Assembly: GCF_009914755.1 (NCBI RefSeq)
Contig: NC_060929.1
Length of the DNA stretch: 64,000 nucleotides
Source of the DNA: the human T2T-CHM13v2.0 reference genome, Homo sapiens
Strand: one strand, 5' to 3'
Positions 48,441 to 62,782 of the stretch are shown one piece after another (the stretch's first letter is position 1; every line of letters begins with the position of its first letter). Below the pieces are notes generated by a model. The model was not told the DNA's origin, ran no database searches, and was given only the letters and a program-made list of their open reading frames with translations. The position numbers and the translations under genes are program-made.

Positions 48441-49900
48441 GAGAATAGCCAAAACAGTTTTGAAAGAGAAAAAACAATAATGCTGGAAGACTCACACAAT
48501 CTGATATCAGGACTTACTATACTGATTTAAATACTTACTAATACTACCACTGTGTGGTAGTATTGATAGAAACATAGGGTCTAAAACAGAAGAGTCTAAA
48601 AGTAAACCCATGCACCAATATGTTCAATTGATTTCTGACAAAGGTACAAAGACAGTAGACTGGAGAAAGCATAATCTTATTATATAACAAAAGGTTTGGA
48701 TCAAATGGAACTTCCATATACAAGTAGATAAATGGATACGTAGATTAAAAAATTTGACCCATACTTCACATTGTATATAAAATTTAATTCCAGATATGTC
48801 ATCGACTTAAGTGTAAAATGTAATACTATAAAACCTTAAGAGAAAAACAGAAGAAATTCTCTGACTTTCGCTTCAGCAAAGACTTCTTAGATACAAACCT
48901 AAAAGTATAAGCAATAAAACAAAAAAATGATAAATTGGACCTCAACAGAATTTAAGGTTTTTTTTCCTTTAGCAATGACACTATTAAGGGAGGGAAAATA
49001 TAAACTACAGACTGGAAGAACATATTTGCAAATCACATATCTGACAAACAACTTATATCCATAAATATAAGCATATAATAATTCTCAAAATTCAAACAAT
49101 CTAACAAAGATAAGCAAAAGATGTGAACAGACACTTAACCAAAGATACAAATATAGTAAATAAGTTTATAAAATGATGCTCAACACCACTAGTCATTATG
49201 GAAAACAAATTAAAAAACTCAATGAGATGCTACCACACACTCATTAAAAAAGTGCAAATAAAAATATCAAAAAACAACTGACAATTCCGAGTGCTGGTGA
49301 GAAGGTACACCCAAAGTCTCATACATTGCAAGTGGAAATACAAAACTGTCAGCCATGTGGGAAGCAGTTTGACAATTTATTATAATGTTAACATACATTT
49401 GACACAGAACCTAGCAATCCCACTCCTTTGTGCAATTGTTTACAGCAGTTTCATTTTAATTGCCAGAAGTGGAAGCCATCTGAATGTTCTTCAGCCGATA
49501 CAGGGATAGACAAATTGGAATGCATCCCTGAAACAGAATACTACTCAGCAATAAAAAGGAACCAACTTATTGATATAAGCAATATCATTAATGGTTTTCA
49601 AATACAGAAAGCTAAGTGAAAGAAGCCAGATTCAAAAGGATACATATTGTATCATTCCATTTGTATGACATGAAAAAGGTGAAACTATAGAGATGAAGAA
49701 CAGATGAACGGTCCCCTGGGGTTCAAGATGGGGGAGCAGTTGACCTCAAAGGGCAAGCATGAGAGACTGATTTTGGGTAATAGAACTGTTCTGCTTCTTA
49801 ATAGCAGTGGTGGTGTTAGGACTTTAGGCATTTGTCAAAACTCAGAACTGTATACCAAAGCGAGTGCATTTTTCTGTATGCAAATAAAAAATAAATCTTT
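48205..49900 (+). mobile_element. L1M (MC/MD/ME-like) ORF2 end and 3'UTR, with (TA)n at 48390-48436
   Basis: aatattgttaagatgttgatactctctaaattggtctacaga...gctaagtgaaagaagccagattcaaaagg...gtcaaaactcagaactgtatac. Confidence 0.8.
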
Positions 49901-50619
49901 CAATTGCTTTCAAAAAAGCATAGTCTCTGGGGTCAGACACACCTAGGTCCACATCCCAGTATGTTTATGTTCCTCTGATGTGAACTTGAGGGAATCCTTT
50001 CAAATCTCTGAGCCTGTTTCCAAGTCAAAAGAACAACTATAGCTAATTAACATAGGAACTGGGGGAAACAAAAGATATCTGACATCTGGAGGGAAAAAAA
50101 AAGGTAGAGTTATGCTACAGATTAAGTCTCCTTCATGAATACACAGGGACATAGGGCTCCACCAGGACAGGCTGACAAGGCCACCATAATGGTTATAGGC
50201 TCTCTATTCTGAAATTGTACAACAATGCACTTAGAGTAGGTGGTTTCAAAGGCCATTTCTAGGGATGAAATAATTCCATTCTAGAAAATCCTCTGCTGAC
50301 CTTATATTCAAACTCATGTTGTCATTTAAAAATCTTCTATATGTCTAAACACTTTTTGTTTTTGCTTTTATTGTCTTTATAGTTTGTTTTCTATTGCCAA
50401 GATTTAAACCTTTCTTGTCTCTCTGGCTCAGTGTCTAAAAATTACATACTGTAAAACGTGTGTCTGTGTTTCTTATCTTTTTTAAGTTTATTGTTTTGTA
50501 AAGTGCCTATTCATCCTCATTGAACATTTTTTTATTTGGACATTTACTTCTTGTTATAGGATATTTAAATATACACAATACATACACACACATACATATA
50601 CATCATATGTTATTGTCTT

Positions 50620-51210
50620 TTACATTCGTTTTAACTTTATAGTTTGAAACAAAAACTAGTACAGAGTTTCTGCATAGTTTTTACATTGCTTTCTCTAAGA
50701 CTAACTTTTGCAAAGCCATAAAGTAATATAGAACCAGGAAATTGACATATATAATAATATTAACTACAGACCTTATTACACTATCTCTCATATCAATAAT
50801 GCCCTTTTTCTGTTCAAGGATCCAACCCAAGAACCACCTTACACTTAATACTTATGCTTCTTAACCTTCAACCTGTGACAGTTCCTCAATGTTTCCATGT
50901 CTTTGATGGGTAGCAGTCAGTTTTTTTTGTTGTTGTTGAATGTCTTTCAGTTTGGATTTGCTTGGTGTGTGCTTATGATTAGATTGAGATTATACCATTT
51001 GGGTCAGTGTATCACCTAAGCAATATTGTATCCATCATATAAAGTGTACATATAAAGTGTACATAATGTCAAAATGACATTCTGGAAAATTCCTGGTCAT
51101 CTTAATCTTGAATCGTTGGTTAAGGTAGCATCTGCTGGGCTTCCGCACTGTGAAGCACTATTATCCTTTGTAATAAACAAATATCTTTGGTAGATATTTT
51201 AGGATTATGG
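50620..51210 (-). mobile_element. L1MC4-like 3'UTR fragment
   Basis: aaaactagtacagagt...taactacagaccttatt...ttcaaggatccaacccaagaaccac. Confidence 0.6.
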
Positions 51211-52879
51211 AAAGTAATAACATATTTACACTGATATCTATAACCACTGCATTATTGTGGGGTATTTTTGCATGCTTTCTAAATTTCTCTTCACTCATCT
51301 AAACCTGAATCAACATATTCATTCAATGACAATTTTTAAGTACTAATAAGACAAACCAAAAAAAAGGAAACACCAACATCAGCCATTGAAAGAATTTTAT
51401 CATTAGAAAGTGAGAAGTATCCCCTTGAGAATCACTTTCCATTTACCCTCATTTTCCATGCCAGTGGCATTGTTCTGGCCACTTGAAGCTATAGAACTGC
51501 ATTCTGGATGTGTGGTGCAGCATCTCCCCTTGTCTCAAGCCTGCAGGTTGCATGTGAGTGGCCTCTATCCCCACCTGGACCTTAATGACTATTCAACCAT
51601 GAGCTTCGGCCCTCCCCTTCCCCTTCATTTATCTTCATTTATATGGTTTCCAATATGCATTTTTTTCTGTAGAGACTTCAGCATTTATTATCTATGGAGT
51701 TTTTCCTCTTTTCTTTTAAAGCATGGCTATGTATATGGGGAAATAGTCAATAAAATTATGTATTTTTCCCTACCATTTCTCTATTTGACAATAAGATAGC
51801 AGGGTAAGGGGTTGGTTTCACATGTATTTGGTCTGCCATTTAAAGACATAAAGACACCTAACAGCTTATTTTTTAATGATCAGAGTTTAAAGTTTATTTT
51901 CATCAGTGATAAGGTATAGTCTGTTTAATTTGCTTTGTCCATTAGAACTACACTTTCTAAGTTTTGAAAATTACCATTACTGAACTAAAATCTTGAGCTT
52001 TGGTGATTAAACTTGCTTGTTGAGTTCTTCTAGATAACAGCTTTGTCTCCAAAATTAGATGGTTTCAGAGAAATCACTCTCTCTGCTATCAGGCTTTTGT
52101 AATTTTAAAAGACAAAATATTTAACTTCATCTTAATTACCGCTTGTTGAAAGAACAACTGTGTCTAATATACCATCATTTGTTATTTTCTTTCACTTACG
52201 CTATATCAAAGTTGAGGTTTTGAGCTGAGGATCTGACCTTCTGTCTTTCATAAGACAAGGCTAATGTTTTTAAGGTAGTAAAAATCTGTGATTTGGAAAC
52301 TACAAGAGCAAGTGTTATTTAATTTAAATGTAATACAAGTTTCATGTGAATAAAACTCCACAATTGTTCAGCATAGCATATTTGTAGCTTTTACTATCAT
52401 TCTGGGTAGAATGTTTTAACTTTAGGCATTTTAGAAAAGTATTTCAGTTTTTTTGTCAGTATTTCCACTTTTCAAAAATATGACACAACAGGACTGATTT
52501 CCAAAGATTGGAATACCAAACTATTTTCACAATTAAAAACTTATTTTTTTCCACTTCATGGGAGAAAATACATCTGATGTGTAAATTATTACCTGAATAA
52601 TATCAAAATGAGGCCTAAGTCATATAGTATGTACATTCTCAACATCATAGGCTGTGAGAGTAAAGATTCCATCTTAGTTATGTGTATAAAGTCAATATTT
52701 CCAGTAAATGGTAGAAACTACAATTGCCTCTTACGTGGTATAAATTTCCTGTTGGATACATGGGAATATGTACAGAGATTTCTAAAATGTGCATATTCTT
52801 TGCTCTGATCTTTGCATTTGCATGCTTTGGAATATTTATAGAAAATAATTCAGCAGCAAGTTTTGACAGCTTTATTTCC

Positions 52880-53620
52880 AAATATTGTCACAAGTCTATT
52901 ACATCTGTCTCCAATACAAACAATCTAGTTTAAGGCACTATTATTTACGAGTTCCTGTAATGCCATTGTTACTATCTCCTTGAGGCTAACCCTTGCTCCT
53001 ACAGTGTAGCAGAAATGTAAAGCAAATCATGTCTTTTCCTTGCTTAAGATGGTCTAAAAGCATTTTATTGCACTTAGAATAAAATCCAAGCTTATTACGA
53101 TGGCCTTTAAGGCCTATGTAACCTGGATTCTGCCTACCTCCTTGATCTCACTACCTATTCCCTCTTCCTTTCCCTGAACTCCACTCACTAAGCCCATCCA
53201 CACTGGCCTGTTCTGTTTTGCAAATACTTCAAGTTCCTTCAGACTTCGTCTTAACAACTGACTGAAAACCTAACTGACAGGCTATGTCCCCAAGCATGGT
53301 TGGTTCCTTCCTGGGACTCAGAGCTCAACTCAAAGCTCAAACCTCCTTGGTGGGGTTTTCCCTTCCTCTCAGTCCTAACAATCTCTGTCACATCCCTCAT
53401 TTTTATAATGTTCACAGTACTTACCATATTTTTTCAGTTAATAACATTCATTTATTTGTCTCCTCATGTATTTTCATGTCGCCCAACTAGAAGGTAAGTT
53501 CCATGAAAGTAAGAAGCTTTCTTAGCTTATTCACTGATGTACCCCTATGCCTAAAACAGAGCTTAGAACATAGTAGCAATAAAAAACCCCCCAAATTATT
53601 AAAAGATATGAAAGCATGAA
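52880..53620 (+). mobile_element. L2 3' region
   Basis: attgcacttagaataaaatccaag...caactagaaggtaagttccatgaaag...cctaaaacagagcttagaacatagtag. Confidence 0.75.
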
Positions 53621-54512
53621 TGAAAGACACCACATAGACCTTAAGACCCCCAAAAAACTTACTGTTATATTAGCAATAAAATAAAAATTAGTAAAAACCT
53701 AACTGTTCATCAATATAAAATTGTGTATATGAAACATAGTACAAATATATAATGAAACACATACAGTCATACATATTATAAAAATATTTATGACATGAAC
53801 AGATGTTATTACTATAACATCTTATTATATTATTAGATCTTATCTTTTTGAGAAGACTACAAAACAATATGCACAATATGTCCCAATTTGGGAAACATAC
53901 ATATAGATTGAGAAAATGTGTCCAAAAATATTTCTAATATTAATAGTAGTATCTCTGTGTGATGACATGTCAAGTGATTTTCAATTATTTTTGTTAATCT
54001 GTGTTTTTTTAGGTGTATCATTTCTATAACAAAACTAAACAAGTAATTACTTGTTGAGTTAAATTATAAAACTAGTATCTAACATTACAAATATGTCTTT
54101 ATGCATATTTCAGAGGTTGGTATGAAGAGAAAGAAAATTTACTCATAGTCACAAATAAATGAGAAGTCTCTACCTTTAGGCTTGTTATTAACAAAGCATA
54201 AATTTCTTTTATATTGAAAAGGAGTTCATTTAGAATCATACAAAAAGTAAGAGCACCAATTGTTCCACCATTTTTCCTTTTCCAGGGAAGCAAACGCTTA
54301 AGCCATCATTGATCAGTGAAATCACTACTATGTTTCCTCTTAAAAACCAAAAAAAAACCAAAAACCAAAAAACAAAAAGAAAACAACAACAACAAAAAAG
54401 GCAACCTAACTTCAGTCTTCTTCACCTCACCAGGAAATGTTATTTCATTTTTAAGGTAAAGACTTCATATCTGCTTCATGTCTAATACTCAGAGGAGATG
54501 GAAACATTATTC

Positions 54513-54516
54513 ACAC

Positions 54517-54577
<61 letters not shown>

Positions 54578-54581
54578 TACA
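54513..54581. repeat. (CACATA)n hexanucleotide microsatellite
   Basis: About 11 perfect units. Confidence 0.95.
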
Positions 54582-55127
54582 GCTGTTCACTTAAGTCTAA
54601 TAGCACCCTCTGTACTGCAATGGAAGTTCAAGTCAAAGGATTCTTCTGCAAAAGCTTTCAAAGAAACCCTATGGCCATGAAGTACAAGCTCCTTACAAAG
54701 CTCTTCACAATCTGTTCTACTCACTTCACCTTTCTTCATCTCTATTTTCTCATCCAAAGTGAACAATCTGAGATAGAAAGGATGATCCCTGTTTAAGAGT
54801 TTCAGACATCCTATGCATCTCTGACACTACACTTACCTTCAACGAATCACTTTCCTGATCTTTTGCTTGAATTAAACTTTTCTATCTCTCTTGATACATC
54901 TTTTCTTTCCTTTCATGTTTTTTTTTTAATCATGGAGAATTGCTGCCCCTCTTTCCTGTCTATCCAAACCCTGCCTATCTTTCAAACTTCCATGAGGATC
55001 CTTCCACTTCCCCTACACATCAACATTCATCCTCTGAGCCTTCTAATGCATGTTCTGTGGTAAGCCGAACACTACTGAATTGAACAGTTATTTAGATGAG
55101 GGGAATAATCTCCACAACTAAACTACA

Positions 55128-55674
55128 CAATAGCCCCCACTTTATCCATGAGGGACACGTATCAAGACCCCCATTGGATGTCTGAAGCCACAGATAGTGC
55201 AGAACTCTATGTATACTATGATTTTTCCTATGTAAACATACCCAAGATAAGTTTAAATTATAAGTCTGGCACAGTAAGGAATTAACAACAACAATAATAA
55301 AATAGAACAACTGTAACAATATGCCAGAAGCTTTTCTCTTGAGCTGTATGGCTATCATTAAGTAAAATAAGGGTCACTTGAACACAAGTAATGTGATACT
55401 GTGATAGCTGATCTGCTAACCAAGAATGCTACTGAGTGATGAACAGGCAGATAACACAGACAGCACGGAGCTGCTGGACAAAGGGATGGTTCACTTTCTA
55501 GGTGGGACAGAGCGGGATGGCGAGAGATTTCATCACACTCCTCTGAACGGCACTCAATTTACAGTTTATGAATTGTTTATTTCTATAATTTTCCATTTAA
55601 TATTTTCGGACAGTGGTTGACCACCGGTAACTTAAACCATGGAAATAGAAACCTGAGATAAGGGGAAACTACCA
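55128..55674 (-). mobile_element. MER44B-like (Tigger7-derived) DNA transposon
   Basis: TIR-like ends caatagcccccactttatcc ... gagataaggggaaactac; internal ctggacaaagggatggttcac, gagatttcatcac; about 550 bp. Confidence 0.85.
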
Positions 55675-57254
55675 TACTATGCTCCCGAAGTCAGAAACCA
55701 TGTCATCATTTCTTGGTTAAGTGATCCAGGCGTCTTATCTTTAACACAGGTGACCCTTCATGAGTATTTCTTCATCGATACACTAAAGCTTGTTCATGCT
55801 TCCTGCATGGGTTTTAAATGTTGATTTTAAAATCCTCTTTAGTCATCATTATTCCTGAATCACCCAAGAAATTTGTTCTCTCCACCCACTGGCATTTGAG
55901 AGCTAGGTTTCATTTTTTCTCTTTCTTACCTGTTTCAAACACCCTCAGAGCTACTGGTGATCTCTCAGTGTTTCATAGCTGCTCCAGTTCTACCAACCAA
56001 GGTCCCACAGCTGGGAATAAGGATTTCTGAAGGACATAGTTTATCTATCAAAAGCAAACGAAACTCAGAGAGGAATGCAAGTATTCCCACAAAGCTGTTT
56101 CCACACTCCTAGTTCTTTAAAATGCTCCATCTTCCACATCTGAGCCAACAAATTGCAGATCCAATTATAGGTCATGGTAATATTTCCTCATTCTCAACCT
56201 CCTAAACTAGAATGTAATGGAGTAAAACTCAGCTCCCCCTTAATAGAAGGCATCACGCCAGATGTTCAATTGCAGCATTTTGGAAGAAGCACATGGTAGC
56301 AGCCCTGACTAATTGCTAGAGACACATTCAGGACATGGAAGCTGCACCTAAGATCACCCATAAGGGAAATCCAAGTTCAGAAGTGACTAATTATTTTCTT
56401 GTATGTGAAACACAAATGCACATGGTCCAGGCAATCAGTTTTTCCACTATGTTGCTTAGTTCATTTTACATCTTATCATAGACCTACCTTCTAGGTGATA
56501 ACGGGACTGGTTCTAAGGATTGCTAAAATAATCCAGCCCTATAACTGCCTATCTCTGACCCTTATCTTAATATGTAAAATTCCTAGCAGAGGACTCAGTT
56601 CACCTTGAGATAATCAACATTAAAAGTGTACTTTGTGTATATGATTTATTCGCTATCAATTTGTGCTTTTTATTGCCCTATAAATTCATCTCAAATTGCT
56701 TTAGAGTATTTTCTCTTCTAATTAGTCTGTACCCAATGTTAATACTTAACATTGTCCCTAGGTTCTTGCTTTTTGCATGCATTATTTCATTAATCATCAC
56801 AATAGCACTATAAGTTATATATTAGATTAACCACTTAACTAGCTGCTGTGAGACCTTTGGCATGCTACTTAACCTTCCCGAGACACCATGTTTCATAAAA
56901 CAAGAGAGATCACAGTTTCTATGAGTAAATAAATTCACCCAAAGAAAGTGATTAGTAGAATGCCTGGCTCAGATTAAATCTACAAATGTTTGTTATTATT
57001 ATTAATGTTTGTTATTATTATTAATCTCATTATTTCCATTTTCCAAGTGACACATCTGGCAAGTGATAATTCCAATATCACTCAGTCAATAATTTTCTAA
57101 GACCTGCCTGGTTTGGTTGTGGGATTCTCTGACCATTAGCCCGTGTTCTTAGTACTATACTAAGCTGCCTCTGGAACACCCATCTTACTGCCAGTTTTGA
57201 TTCTGACCCATCCTTCGCCAACATTGCTTCTATTACCCTCCACCTTCCCTCCAA

Positions 57255-57318
57255 AACACACACACACATACACGCACACACACACATGCATACGCACACA
57301 TGCACACACACACACACA
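57255..57318. repeat. Degenerate (CA)n
   Basis: Directly visible. Confidence 0.9.
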
Positions 57319-58769
57319 GTCATATACTAGAACTATTTGGGACATACATAAAATAAATTATTTCTCGGGTGGGGGTGGGGAGATGAATGTCAGTCCCTGA
57401 GAATTCTGTGTGATTTGAACTCTGAAGTTGTGCAGGTATACACGTGCTCCTAAACACACAATTTTACACAAAAGGTAATTACATAAACTTTGTGTTAAAT
57501 TATTAAAGCATCCCTAGTTTTGGCAGAGGGTGTACTTTAGCACTGAGGGGCCTAAAGTAATTAGAGGGATGTACGGTGCTACCTGTAATAATGTGCTCAT
57601 TCAGAAATAATTCAACTGGAGAAATATGTCCAACAAACTAAAACATGCTCAGCATAAATTCATACCATCAGGAAGATTCTTTTCGGCAGAATGGTGACAA
57701 TTATTACTTAACACTTGGGTTGAACCATTAAAAATTAACTTTTTTTTCAGTTAAAAAAGGTGTGACTTTTACCAATTTCATGTGGTTCAACATGGACATA
57801 GTAGAGAATATAAGCATAAAGTTATTAAATTTATTTGACTGTGATTAAGAATTTCAGATTCTAAATAATTAGCAACACTCACACAGCCTAATTTATCAAG
57901 TTATCAAGCCTAATTTTGAAAAATGAAAAGCTTATTATTTTTATATTGAGTTTTTTAGATGGCTCTGTAATTTGTGTTCAGAATAAGACGGAAATTCAGA
58001 TTATGCCCTAATGCTTAGAGGATTTTCCAAATTCTCTATTAAACATTTTGCCTTGATAAAGCAATGATAGTAAAGCTATGTAGATTGTATCCCTTTGAAT
58101 GCAACCATCCCATAGAGAAACTCAGCAGATTTTTCTAAATAATACAATGATAGCCATTTATATAACTAACTTATTACAAAATGCTGAAGTTGGGCAGTAG
58201 GCCATGATCCAAGATGCGGAAAAAGTGTAAGTAAGGTGGCAGGTTCCGTGAATATAAAGCATTAAAGACAACATTGTACTTACCTCGAGGAGGAAAAAAA
58301 TACAAGAACAAACTTCCTACCAAGAGCATAGGAACACAAATTGACGATTTCATTTGTTTCATGTGTAAGACACCAAGTGGGAGTAATTTTGTTTAAAGGA
58401 AAAAGAACATTAGAATAAGGGTTTGATCTCACTTAAAAATTAAATTGAATTTTGTTGCTTGATTTGGTGGATTCTTAGGAACAAAAATAGCATCCTCTGC
58501 CTCTCTCCTGCTGCTCTTACCCAGATTGTATGAATACATTTTTATCATTAATAGAAAAATCCTATTTGAATATCATCAGCCACTGTTAGACCCAACAAGC
58601 TCTCCAGCCATGTTAAAGGTGCTAAGTGGCACCTCAGTATTTGCTGACTTTTTAAGATGTAGAGTCAAGTAAAATTTGCTGTCTCCATTACAGACTAGGA
58701 AATGTGCTAAGGGCTGAATGGATCTTGGTCTAAGACAACCAGAACCCCTGTTTTCACCAGACATCAGTC

Positions 58770-58990
58770 TGGTAGAAGAGAAAAAGTATAAACAAGGAAA
58801 CAAATATCAGAAAACAGAAAGGGTAGATGAAGAAGTAACCTCTGAGGAGGTGGATATTTGAGTAGAGAGGTGAATGTGTAGAAAAGCCCAGCCATGCAAA
58901 GCTATGAAGAAAGTCCCAAGCCCAGGAAACAGCCAGTGCCAAGGCCCTAGAGCAGGGATGGATTGGGAAGAGACCAGCTCTAAGCATCTT
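58770..58990 (-). mobile_element. L2 fragment
   Basis: cctctgaggaggtggatatttgagtagaga...ggaaacagccagtgccaaggccctagagcaggga. Confidence 0.7.
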
Positions 58991-60199
58991 ATAATGTATT
59001 TTTGGCGTACTGGCTTTTCCTTATCAGAGCTTGGGGAAGATCTAAAGATTGGTCTATAGCTTTTGAGAGGCAAACCTTCCAAAGATCATCAGCAATTCTT
59101 TCATTCCTCCCTGTTATCTTGCAGATGAACTCAATTTTGCGATGACATTCATTTAGTCAGGATGTTTTGCTCAGTTTCCCTCAGAAATTGACTCATTACA
59201 AAATCCTAAATGGGTTTTCTCCCTTTCCTATGTTTCCCATTCTTTCTATACCTCCATACAGTGCGGGGCCTAATTTTATGAACTAGAGAATTTTCTTTGT
59301 TACATTTTAATTTAAGAAAAATATCATAATTTAGCTTTTCTAATGCTTCAGAATCATTGCTATTTTCAGAAACACAACATTGTATATATACAAGAGGTAG
59401 CATGGCAATTTATTTTTTATTATTATCAGTCCAGAAGAAACACATTTTCAGAAGAATAGGTGTCAATGTGTTCTGCTATTCCCCTTTTGCTTTATTGCTC
59501 TCTCTTAGAAGCATTCGGTGATTGTTGGGAAATCATTCATTTTCAGGGAAACTCATAACTAGAAGGAAATTACATTACGTCAGATATAATACCAGAGTCT
59601 TTAACACATTTGTCTTTTTCTCTAACTACATTCAAAATAAATTGGTTTTTATATCTGCTCATAACTTTACGGTATAGTCAATTACATACCCCAAAATCCT
59701 TTTCGATCAGGAGTTAATTTTATATCCCTAGGCCAATACTATAAAAGCAATCTCCTAGGGGTGCATCTAATTATAATGTCTCTGAGAGCTGGTTGTTCTA
59801 GACTAAACGTGACCACCAAAACTCATGTTGACTTCTCATATGCATTCAGAGAAGGCAAAATGTCAACACACCAGCTGGAGAGAGGGAGAGGGTGCAATGA
59901 AAAGAATAGTTAATTGGCAAGTTGGAGGGATGCTTGAGGACTACCTCCACCAATTAACACCTGATGGTTTTAGAGAGAAATAGCTTAATATCTCTAAGTT
60001 TCATGTTTTGCTTCTGTGAAACAGAATTACTACTACCTCTGTAACATGTCCCAAGATATAGAATTACACATGACATGTGAACTTTGCCCCAAGACACACA
60101 ATTACATATGATATGTGAAAGTCTAAGTCTACATGTGGGAAGACAGTGTGGCTTAATGTTAATCCTCACTTTATTATTATTATTCCTCACCTTACAGTT

Positions 60200-62782
60200 G
60201 AAACCCAAGAGAAGATGACTTCACTAGTGAATCTGCCAAACATTTATAAAATAATTAGAATCAATCCTCTCCAATCTCATCCAGAAAAAATAGGGAACAC
60301 TTCCAAACTCATTTTATGTGGCCAGCATTACACTAATCCCAAAGTCAAAGACACTATGGGGAAAGAAGACTAGAGACCAATATTGAATATTGATGCAAAA
60401 ATCCTCAACTAAATACTAGCAAACTGAGCTCAATAGCACATGAGAAGGAATACACATCATAACAAGTAGAATTTATTCCTGGAATGCAAAGATGGTTCAA
60501 CATATGAAAATTAATCAATGTAATACACTGCATTAACAAAATTAAGAAAAAATCATATGACCATTTCAACTGATACAGAAAAAGCATTTACAAAATTTAG
60601 CATCTTTCATTATGAAAACCCTTAACAAACTAAAAAGGAAACTACCTCAACATAATAAAGACCATATACAAAATGTCCATAGCTAATATCATACTCCATA
60701 GTGGAAGACTGAAAGCTTTTCTTCTGAGATCAAAACAAGACAAAGATGTCCACTTTCACCACTTCTATTTAGCACAGCCCTAGAAAGTCTAGCCAGAGCA
60801 AATAGGAATGAAAAGACATCCTAATTGGAAAGGAAAAAGTAAAATAATCTCTGTTTGCAGATAACATAATCCAATATGTAGAAAATCCTAAATATTCCAC
60901 AAAAAACTGTTAGAATTATTAAATGAATTTGGCCAAGTTGCAGAACACAAAGTCAATATTCAAAAATCAGTTGCATTTCTATAAACTAACGATGAGAAAT
61001 ACAAAAAAGGAAATTAAGAAAACAACTTCATTTACAATAGTATCAAAGAGAGTAAAATACTTAGGAATAAACTTAACCAAGGTAACAAAAGATGTGTACT
61101 CTGCAAACTGTAATATGTGATAAAGAAATTAAAGACACAAATGAATGAAAATAAACACCACCTTCAAGGTTTGGAAGGCTTAGTATTGTTAAGATGTCAA
61201 CACTACCCACGGTAAACTACAGTTTTAATGCAATTCTTATCAAAATCTGAATAGCACTATGGTATTTATTTTCAAAATAGAAAACTGTATCCTAAAATTT
61301 ATAGAAAACCTCAATATACCCCAAATAAACAAAATAATCTTGAAAAAGAGCAAAGTTGGAAGTCTCACCCCTCCTGACTTCAAAACTTATTACTAAGCTA
61401 TAGTAATCAAAACAGTGTGGTAGGGGCATAAGCACAAATGTATGGCCAATGGAATAGAATAGAAAATCCAGAAATAAACCCTCAAATGTACGAATAAATG
61501 CTCTTAAGCAAGGGTGCCAAGACTACCCAATAAAGATGAGACAGTGTCTTCAACAAATGGTATTGGGATAACTGGATAACTCTAGGCAAAAGAATGAAGT
61601 TGGGCTCTTATTTTATACCATATATAAAAATTAACCCAAAATGGATTAAAGGCCTAAATGTAAGACCTAAAGTTATAAAATGCCTAGAAGAAAGTACAGA
61701 GAAAAGTTTCATGACATTGGATTTTGTAATAATTTCTTGGATATAACCAATAGCTTCAGCAACAATAGACAATGGGATTACATCAAATTTAAAGACTTAT
61801 GCATACCAAACGAAACAATCAGCAGAGCTAAAGGGCAACCTAAGGAATGGGAGAAAATACTTGTAAATAATGTATCTGAGAAGGTATTAATATACAGGAT
61901 ATATTTTTAAAAACTCCTGCAACTCATAACAAAGGAACAAACAACGTGATTAAAAAATTGGCTGAAGATTTTAATACATTTCTCCAAAAGATAATATATA
62001 AATGACCAACAAGCATATGTATATATTCTGAAAATCACTAATCATTATAAAAATGCAAATCAAAACTACAATGAGATATCTATCACTTTGTATATATTAT
62101 TATAACTACTATAGACAAACAAACAAAAGCAAAAAAAAAAAAAAAGAACAGTAAGTGTTGATGAAGATGTGGAGAAACTGGAACCCTTATACTGTTGGTA
62201 GGAAAGTAAAATGGTGCAGCTGCTTTGGAAAACAGTATGGCTGTTCCTAAAAACATAAAAATAGAATTGCTATACAATCCAGCAAGCCAAGTTCTGGCTA
62301 TACATATCCAAAATAATTGAAAGTAGGATCTCAAAGAGATAGTTGCATATCCACGTTCATAGCAGTATGAATCACAATAGTCAAGAGGTGGAAGCAACTC
62401 AAATGTCCATCAGTGGATGACAGGATAAACAAAATGAGGTCAAAACATACAACGGCATGTTTTTCAGCCTTAAAAAGATAGATATTCTGACACATGCTAT
62501 GACATGGATGAACATTGACAACATTATGCTAAGTGAAATAAGCCAGTCACAGAATGCCAAACACGATATGATTCCACTTGTATGATGTATCTAGAGTAGT
62601 GAAGTTCATAGAGACATAAAGTAGCATAGTGGTTTTCAGGAGCTGGGGACTGAGAGAAATTGAGGGTTGTCGTTTACAGGGTATAGGGTTTCAGTTTTGC
62701 AAAAGAAAAAGAGTTCTCAAGATTGATGGCACAACTATGTGTATGTAATAACACCACTGTAAACTGTTCACTTTTAAAAAGT
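60200..62782 (+). mobile_element. 5'-truncated L1MB-like element (ORF2 RT region to 3'UTR), decayed
   Basis: gatgcaaaaatcctcaac, ctctgtttgcagataacat (FADD motif remnant), 3' end gtttcagttttgcaaaag...ctgtaaactgttcactt. Confidence 0.85.

Noticed and set aside
52586-52612. ttttgatattattcag|gtaata recursive-splice-like junction
   Set aside because: Poor pyrimidine tract and non-GURAG donor
51036-57025. Short tandem duplications (13 bp at about 51036, 19 bp at about 56985; also 16 bp at about 33824)
   Set aside because: Ordinary slippage duplications inside old repeats or unique DNA
57460-57501. 13-bp AT-rich inverted repeat
   Set aside because: Short and low complexity; plausible by chance
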